24,000 nt of DNA from contig JBEKFP010000001.1 of NCBI GenBank assembly GCA_050013255.1, forward strand, positions 695,048 to 719,047, in the 5' to 3' direction. Positions 16,050 through 21,777 of this stretch are shown in pieces. Position numbers and translations under genes: made by a program. Within the stretch, counting starts at the first letter, position 1. Every line of letters begins with the position of its first letter. Under the pieces are notes generated by a model. That model was not told the origin of the DNA, did no database searches, and saw only the letters and a list, made by a program, of their open reading frames with translations. The DNA is from Candidatus Bathyarchaeia archaeon (GTDB taxonomy: Archaea > Thermoproteota > Bathyarchaeia > 40CM-2-53-6).

Positions 16050-16631
16050 ATGGGGGCGCCTTCCAGCTGTGTTCTTCATATAGATGTGCCAGTCTTGGTG
16101 GGAGCGGTTCCCTTGGGTTCCCGCATCTTGCTCTGCATCTGTTTGATTGCAGGAGTACTGCTCATGATGATTTCAAGTTCCAATGTCGCGGCGCAAAGCT
16201 GCCAAAAGGTGACCGTTTCATCCAATTATCCTGAGCAGGCCGCTCCGAAAGAACAGGTACAAGTGACTACGACCATAGCCGGCTCATGTACCTCGGGCCC
16301 CGAAGACTACTTCTCGGTGAGAGTGGATGTTACGGATCGTGTTTCCAAGGCTCTACTCTCATCGAACAGCGGTCCGATAGGCTACAGTACCACCAATTTC
16401 TCAGTGAACGTACAGAATTCAGTGACAACGCCAACAGGCAATCTGACGTGGCTAATAGAAATCGATAGTTACCTGATTATAGACGCGCAGGAATCCCATT
16501 TGAATTCAACAACAGGCAGGATTCAAGTTGGCAGCACGCCCATACCTGAATTCCAGGCCGCCCAACCGATCGTACTCCTACTAGCATTAGCCGCAACATT
16601 AAGCCTGAACCGACGGAAACTTCCCAAATAA
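16050..16631 (+). CDS. Secreted protein with C-terminal PEF-CTERM-type (archaeosortase) sorting signal
   Basis: ATG 16050 is preferred because track start 15960 would overlap the minus-strand permease gene. The signal peptide is ..ILLCICLIAGVLLMMISSSNVAAQS. The extreme C-terminus PIPEFQAAQPIVLLLALAATLSLNRRKLPK has a PEF motif, a hydrophobic helix and a basic cluster. Confidence 0.65.
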   Translation: MGAPSSCVLHIDVPVLVGAVPLGSRILLCICLIAGVLLMMISSSNVAAQSCQKVTVSSNYPEQAAPKEQVQVTTTIAGSCTSGPEDYFSVRVDVTDRVSKALLSSNSGPIGYSTTNFSVNVQNSVTTPTGNLTWLIEIDSYLIIDAQESHLNSTTGRIQVGSTPIPEFQAAQPIVLLLALAATLSLNRRKLPK

Positions 16632-16859
16632 CGCGGGGGGCCAACTTTTCCGCGGACTGTGCGCCTTGAATCGCTTCCTCACATGCCCTGCCTTCCTGAG
16701 GAAGAATAAGGCCGAATCCCAAATTCGATCAGCTCGTTTTCTTACCTAAACGAACTGGCAGAAAACATCTGTGCGCACCATTAGCCCCGCACACACTATC
16801 CTAACACAAACGAAAATTTCTTTAGAGAAGATTCACGATAGTTACTCGAAGATGATGAA

Positions 16860-17497
16860 ATGGCACCTAATCCTTTGAGGATAGGACAATCGAACTTCGG
16901 AAGTTCTGTGACGCAGCTGACTTCAAGCATCGCTGGATATCCTGCCCTGGAGGTAGATAACCCGAGCCCCAAGAGTGGTCAGGCCATCCTGGGATTATCC
17001 ACAGCAAAAAGCGGAGACAACACTGGTGTGTATGGGCAGTCCGACTCGACCGGTGGAACAGGAATTCTTGGAATTGCGATCTCAGCAAGCGGCCTGAGTT
17101 TTGGCGTACGGGGTGAGGCATTTTCCACCGAGGCATAGCGGTCCGTGGGGTTGCAAGCGGAAAAACTGGCGCGAATTTCGGCGTTCATGGTGCAGCCCTG
17201 TCAAAGAAAGGGGCTGGCGTTTTGGCAGAGCACATGAAGAAAGGAGACGCTCTGCACTGCGAAGGTCACGCGATGCCGACCACTGACAACAAGTTCAATC
17301 TAGGTGATTCGAAGAGGCGTTGGAGACACCTTCACGCGAAAACCATAACGTCCGGCGACCTCGTATTCGATAACGGTGTAAAAGCCACCGAGGACGGAAA
17401 CGGACTTGCCTTCACCAATGCGAAAGGAACAAAGATCGCGCGATTGGACTCCAAGGGTAATCTACACATTAAGGGAAGAGTAATCAAAGACCTCTAG
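16860..17497 (+). pseudogene. Gly-rich repeat, tail-fibre-like protein split by a 1-nt frameshift near 17129..17138
   Basis: Frame 0 (16860..17138) ends ...GLSFGVRGEAFSTEA*. Frame 2 is open from 17117 and continues the same Gly-rich repeat pattern (GIAVRGVASGKTGANFGVHGAALSKKGAGV...) into track ORF 17222..17497. One extra G after 17133 gives ...TEGIAVRGVAS.... Confidence 0.6.
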
Positions 17498-17599
17498 CAC
17501 TCAAGGTCAATTCGCCTAAGATCCCGACGCTAACATTCAGTTGAATCAAACCAAAACGAAGTAGTCGAGAGCGCAACGTAACCTCCCGTATTTTTCTAG

Positions 17600-17695
17600 C
17601 GCGCACACACTGAATTTCACGCAGACCAATCGGTCGTACTCCTCCTAGCCTTAACCGCAATATTGGGCCTGTACCGACGGCAGCTTCACAACTGA
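17600..17695 (+). pseudogene. Orphan PEF-CTERM-like tail fragment (remnant of a paralogue of 16050..16631)
   Basis: It reads RAHTEFHADQSVVLLLALTAILGLYRRQLHN* directly after an in-frame TAG (17597..17599), with no start codon. Positions 17612..17695 match 16548..16631 at 66 of 84 positions by hand count. Confidence 0.6.
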
Positions 17696-17843
17696 CGCGG
17701 GGAAGATGGCGTTTGTCCGTATCTCGTTCTTCAGGTGGTTTGACGATTCGCTGCTGCGAGTAGCTTGGCAAGAAAGTGGGTAGAAAAGGGCGAGGAGTTC
17801 GCTTGATTCTACTAGGCCTTAGGGCGTTCGAAAGACACATTAC

Positions 17844-17874
17844 TTTATACCTGCAAATTCCGAAACACGTTTCG
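17844..17874 (+). promoter_or_regulatory. TATA-like box plus inverted repeat upstream of the 17896 gene
   Basis: TTTATA at 17844..17849 lies 47 nt before the ATG. CGAAAC-AC-GTTTCG (17861..17874) is a perfect 6-nt-arm inverted repeat positioned where a transcription start or operator would sit. Confidence 0.3.
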
Positions 17875-17895
17875 AACACTATCGGCGCAGGCAGA

Positions 17896-19293
17896 ATGGA
17901 TAAGTTAAAACCTAGAGCATTTGTTTCGTTTCTTTTGCTTCTAGCAATATGCATTTCATTATTGTCTATACCAAACGCGAACAGTCAATCAGCCGCGGTA
18001 ACGACCACGACTACTATTGAGCAGCCTCCCTCGGGTCAGTGTGCCGAAATTTCGCTTGCTTTCTCAGCGCGAGCAGGCCAGGAATTAGCGGGAACATTTT
18101 CGTCGGATGCATCAATCAGTTTCTACATTCTATCCCCGGCAGATTTTGATGCCATCAGAAATCCAAATTGCAGTCTTCCATCAAGCGCAAGACCACTTTA
18201 CAGCCAAACGAACTCAGTCGGCCATGATAATCCATACCGCACCCTAGTCTTCCCGTCCAACGGAACTTATTACATCGTTTTCGTCCTCCTAAACAGCAGC
18301 CAGGCTGAGCTCGCCAGTGGTTTTGCAACTGTTGAAGTGAGCTTCCCAGCTTCCACAATTTTCATCACGACCGAAGCCTCTTACACGATAAGCTCATCTA
18401 GCATAATCGTAAGGACAACTCAAAGCACAACTGAAAGCGCGACGGTTGCGTCCACCGGCCCATCTTTCGGAACGTTCGGACTGATCGGATTGGTTGTTGC
18501 GGTGGGTCTGATAGCTTCAGTCATGGTGTTCATGAAGCGAGGAAAGTCACAGACAGGGCAGAAAGTGGTCCTGAAACAGGAGACTGTAAAGAAAGAAGTT
18601 AGGCCTGAAAGCCCGCAGCCGAAACCGGGCCCGGCGGGACAGAATATCTCCACAGGCTATCCCGAACTAGATACCATGTTGGCCGGAGGCCTTCCGCTCG
18701 GGCTTAGCATAGTTCTGACGGGCCCACCCTGCGATGAAAAAAACCTGATTCTCAGCCGTTTCTTGGAAACGAATCTGATATCCGGCCGCGAATGCATTTT
18801 CATTTCAACCTCACTTGACCGCGTTCGCGAAATGCTTTCGAAACACAAGAACCTCCATGTAATCCTCTGCAACCCGCAAGCTGAAACCATCGCTGCTCCC
18901 TATCCGGAAGTCGTCAAAATCAAAACCGTGGACAGCCTGATTCAGATCAATTTGGAATATGACGTCGCGGCGGGTGGTTTGAGTTCAGGAAAATCAGCAA
19001 TTCTTTGCTTGGAGATCTTGGATGACGTGCTTCTTGAGCACCACGCGGCAACGAGGAGATGGCTCATGGACATTCTGGGGAGGGGCAAGGGAATTCAAAT
19101 GACCTGCTTGGCGACGCTTAATCCGGCAATGCACTCCACACAGGAATTACAAGCCATTCTGGAAACATTCGACGGCCACATCGACCTGTACGAGGCCGCG
19201 GTCCAAGGGCGACCAAAACTAATCCAAGTCAGAAAGCTTGGGGGACGAACGTTCCTTGACAGCGAAGTACGCGTAGAGAAAGACCGAATATGA
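17896..19293 (+). CDS. Paralogous receptor-like membrane protein with degenerate KaiC/RecA-like cytoplasmic domain
   Basis: ATG 17896 gives the signal peptide MDKLKPRAFVSFLLLLAICISLLSIPNANSQS (the track start 17776 runs through the orphan-tail region). The TM helix is FGLIGLVVAVGLIASVMVFMKRGK. The C-terminus ISTGYPELDTMLAGGLPLGLSIVLTGPPCDEKNLIL...TRRWL..ATLNP..FDGHIDL..VRKLGG has GPPCDEKN in place of GPPGxGKT. Confidence 0.7.
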   Translation: MDKLKPRAFVSFLLLLAICISLLSIPNANSQSAAVTTTTTIEQPPSGQCAEISLAFSARAGQELAGTFSSDASISFYILSPADFDAIRNPNCSLPSSARPLYSQTNSVGHDNPYRTLVFPSNGTYYIVFVLLNSSQAELASGFATVEVSFPASTIFITTEASYTISSSSIIVRTTQSTTESATVASTGPSFGTFGLIGLVVAVGLIASVMVFMKRGKSQTGQKVVLKQETVKKEVRPESPQPKPGPAGQNISTGYPELDTMLAGGLPLGLSIVLTGPPCDEKNLILSRFLETNLISGRECIFISTSLDRVREMLSKHKNLHVILCNPQAETIAAPYPEVVKIKTVDSLIQINLEYDVAAGGLSSGKSAILCLEILDDVLLEHHAATRRWLMDILGRGKGIQMTCLATLNPAMHSTQELQAILETFDGHIDLYEAAVQGRPKLIQVRKLGGRTFLDSEVRVEKDRI

Positions 19294-19382
19294 AAACTAA
19301 CCAGCACACGCCCTTCGAAGCCGAGCAACCAATCTCAACTGTACATACCGCCTTTGTTATTGCAATATTGCAGATCTAATTC

Positions 19383-19408
19383 AAAAAAATACAGATCGAA
19401 ATTTTTTT
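19383..19408. terminator. Bidirectional oligo-T terminator candidate between convergent genes
   Basis: A7 (19383..19389) and T7 (19402..19408) present a T-run to transcripts arriving from either side, the archaeal oligo-T termination signal. They lie between the 19293 and 19471 gene ends. Confidence 0.45.
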
Positions 19409-19470
19409 CGAGTTACACGGGCCCGAAAAGGATCCTTCGGTCATCACTGTTGTAAGAGTAGAATACTCTA

Positions 19471-20799
19471 CTAAGTCGTAGCCTCTGATGCAATCCGTGC
19501 ATCAGTAGATGACGTAAGCTTTGCTGTACCTGAATGCGTTGTGAGAAATACGATCTTGTCGGTACCATCGCGACGGCGCACAACGTGCTTCCTTGATTCC
19601 AACTTACCCAACAATCTGCTCATGGCCCATCCATCGACATCAAATTGGCTAATGAGCTCACTTTGTTTTTGTGGACCGTTTTCCTGCAAATACATTATTA
19701 CTTGGACGGCTAACGTCCTGAGTTCACTATGTTTTGGAAAGAGCCCATGGAACTCCAATTCCATGTCTTCAGCCAATCTATCTAACGGAACTGACTTCTT
19801 GACAGTCTCCGTATCAATTTCCTGAGATCGGTCTGGCCTTTCCCAGAAATCCAAGGTTAGCTGAATATATCTGAGAAATCTTCTGAAGATCCCTCGACTC
19901 ATGCGCGCAAGCGTGAGAAGCGCGTCCTCGGAGAACGGGTAAGTTGTCTCGAATTCGAGCCGATAGGCGTCAACCATTTTTTCAGGATTCATGGGTCTGA
20001 GTTCAAACTGCCTCATCTTGTCCAGAAAATAGTGGTCTCGAAACATCTCCTTTTGGATAGCTACAACGATTGTTGCTGTGCTTCCTGCGCCAACGAGGTT
20101 GTTCCAAAACCAGTAAATGCCCTCGAAATCGCTATCCATCCGCCGTTTGTCTGTTTTCGAATAATCCGACGTGTCGATAAGAATGACGTGCGAGCTTAGA
20201 AGCGTCTTCAACCAAGTGTCACGTCGTAGCTTCTCAGTGGCAGCCTTCCCAATCATCCTCTCCGCCCATAGTATGCCAGAAATCCCCTTTTCAATCTGCA
20301 TCAGTCTGTCGACAACGTATCGTTGAACGCCTTCCTGGAACTCGAGGAACCTATAGAAATCTGCCCCGTTCATCGTGTCGGAACAACTTTGAAGCTCCCC
20401 CAACAAAGCCGATAAGTATCGGGGAAGAAATTCGTCGGTCGCTTCATGAGTGAAGTTCAGAAGACTCGAAAAAAGTTCCTTCTCATTACGCCACTTGAAG
20501 ATGACCCTCGACGAGTCCAATGAAAATGGTATGCCTGCAAAAAGCGCCTTAAGGGCGGTACTCTTCCCCACCCCTTGCTGCCCAACGAGACCAAACAACC
20601 CACGTCTACCCGAAGCGAATTCACGAGCCATGCTCTCCAGAACGTCGGGAACAACGTAGGAATAACGAAGAGAATCTGGATCGCGAGTTTCACCGGCAAG
20701 CTGACTAGCCCAGTATCGAATTCTATCCACAGGAACGAGCTTCCTCAAATCGACCGCCAAATTCCTCGGCGAACACTCAAGCACAGTCGAGAATATCAC
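19471..20799 (-). CDS. Divergent AAA+ ATPase with C-terminal winged helix (Orc1/Cdc6-like architecture)
   Basis: 442 aa with a GTG start. Motifs: Walker A GLVGQQGVGKST, Walker B SHVILIDTSDY, a lid-like FSEDALLTLARMSRGIFRRFLRYIQ, and a C-terminal wHTH LRTLAVQVIMYLQENGPQKQSELISQFDVDGWAMSRLLGKLESRKHVVRRRDG. The pre-P-loop LRYSYVVPDVL echoes LRHDYMPSHL of the chromosomal Cdc6 in this window. Confidence 0.65.
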   Translation of the reverse strand: MIFSTVLECSPRNLAVDLRKLVPVDRIRYWASQLAGETRDPDSLRYSYVVPDVLESMAREFASGRRGLFGLVGQQGVGKSTALKALFAGIPFSLDSSRVIFKWRNEKELFSSLLNFTHEATDEFLPRYLSALLGELQSCSDTMNGADFYRFLEFQEGVQRYVVDRLMQIEKGISGILWAERMIGKAATEKLRRDTWLKTLLSSHVILIDTSDYSKTDKRRMDSDFEGIYWFWNNLVGAGSTATIVVAIQKEMFRDHYFLDKMRQFELRPMNPEKMVDAYRLEFETTYPFSEDALLTLARMSRGIFRRFLRYIQLTLDFWERPDRSQEIDTETVKKSVPLDRLAEDMELEFHGLFPKHSELRTLAVQVIMYLQENGPQKQSELISQFDVDGWAMSRLLGKLESRKHVVRRRDGTDKIVFLTTHSGTAKLTSSTDARIASEATT

Positions 20800-21087
20800 C
20801 GGAGTCTGAATAGTCAGTGAGATGAGTGAAAGTGCTCAGCAAACTTCTTGCGCTATATGAGACGGGAAACTTACTCTTCGGAAGTCTGAGGAGAGGAGCC
20901 GACATGACGACTAGCCATCCACACAGTACGCACCAAGCCACGAGACTACCCCGCCCTGCACAGCGCAATTGTAGGCTCGTAATTCAAGTACGCGAACCCG
21001 ATCTTGCGAATACAAGAGATTGCCTGGTTCAAATTTGGCTGCCCGCACCACCATACCGGGGATATTACATAGGGCTCATTTTCTGAT

Positions 21088-21139
21088 GGCCACGTGGAAA
21101 AGGCTTAGGGGACGTGGAAATCCACATGTAACCACGTTG
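21088..21139. repeat. ACGTGGAAA direct repeats with embedded palindromes (ORB-like / operator-like)
   Basis: ACGTGGAAA occurs at 21092..21100 and 21112..21120 (20-nt period). Embedded elements are the CCACGTGG palindrome (21090..21097), the inverted repeat GTGGAAATCCAC (21114..21125), and a third CACGT at 21133..21137. The first copy reads CACGTGGAAAAGGCTTAGGGG, a core followed by a G-string. Confidence 0.45.
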
Positions 21140-21157
21140 TCAAGTTTGAGAAACCAA

Positions 21158-21568
21158 TCAGATGCACGAGGGTTCGAGCAAGGGGGGCATAGTACCATAG
21201 AGTCCAGAAATGGCAACTGCGGTCAACCAGAGACAGTTTAGCGAATGCTGCTGAGAAAGAACTAACGCAGTTATTGACTTACCCATCCCGGCTTGCACAG
21301 CAGGGTCGCTTTTCGTTATCTTATCAAGATCGACGTGAACCCACATGTTACGGTAGTCAGTTCTGATCTTGTTCAACACACACGCTATCTGCGAAGTGAT
21401 CACATTCTTAGAACCTGAGTAGCTGATTGACTCCTCCCACTTCATTCCTTTCGCTTTATTCTTGCCCATTCCATGATCTAGGCAATAGAATCTATGTGCA
21501 GGTTCCGCACAAGTTCCACTGACGATGGCCGCGGAAGCAAACATTCCACTAAAGTAAGCCTGAGTCAC
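21158..21568 (-). CDS. Hypothetical protein (136 aa from GTG; frame stays open upstream to 21682 without a start)
   Basis: Track ORF with no recognised family and a hydrophobic C-terminus (LWLTAVAISGLYG). An ATG at 21686 lies in the +1 frame; dropping one T from the TTT at 21659..21661 would fuse MNGFDTTRS to QVNPSQAESNIKGLKLG.... Confidence 0.4.
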   Translation of the reverse strand: MTQAYFSGMFASAAIVSGTCAEPAHRFYCLDHGMGKNKAKGMKWEESISYSGSKNVITSQIACVLNKIRTDYRNMWVHVDLDKITKSDPAVQAGMGKSITALVLSQQHSLNCLWLTAVAISGLYGTMPPLLEPSCI

Positions 21569-21723
21569 CTGGTCCCAGAGTTCATCTACAACGACATCAA
21601 TTGATGGACCAAGCTTGAGGCCCTTGATGTTGGACTCCGCCTGGCTAGGGTTTACCTGAGAAACGAGTTGTGTCGAATCCGTTCATCTCGTCTTGTTAGA
21701 GAGCCAGCTACTTAATACTAGGC

Positions 21724-21741
21724 CGCGGGAAATTTCACGCG
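21724..21741. promoter_or_regulatory. 18-nt near-perfect palindrome in the divergent promoter region
   Basis: CGCGGGAAATTTCACGCG has 8 of 9 symmetric pairs and the core GAAATTTC. It ends 36 nt upstream of the ATG at 21778. Confidence 0.3.
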
Positions 21742-21777
21742 TCTGAAGCATTCCACAACGATAAAGGAGAAAGCGAT

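Noticed and set aside
16852-16919. ATGATGA just before the 16860 start codon plus a CTGA at 16916 as a C/D-box sRNA
   Set aside because: No D'/C' boxes occur at the expected 12-nt guide spacing, and the segment overlaps a coding start. It was judged coincidental.
21017-21052. tRNA-like 3' fragment (GGTTCAAAT ... TGCCCGCACCA) that could have marked a tRNA-targeted integration site
   Set aside because: With TTCAAAT as the T-loop, the flanking 5-mers CCTGG / TTGGC do not pair (no G53-C61, mostly mismatches or wobbles). There is no complementary 5' acceptor strand (GCGGGCA) within 90 nt upstream. It is probably a chance resemblance.
20777-21241. Track ORFs 20777..20968 (minus), 20826..21086 (plus) and 21020..21241 (plus) as real small genes of the island
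   Set aside because: They mutually overlap in different frames and have no start context or recognisable motifs. Their composition is Arg/Cys/Trp-rich and they cover the repeat-bearing region. They were treated as non-coding.
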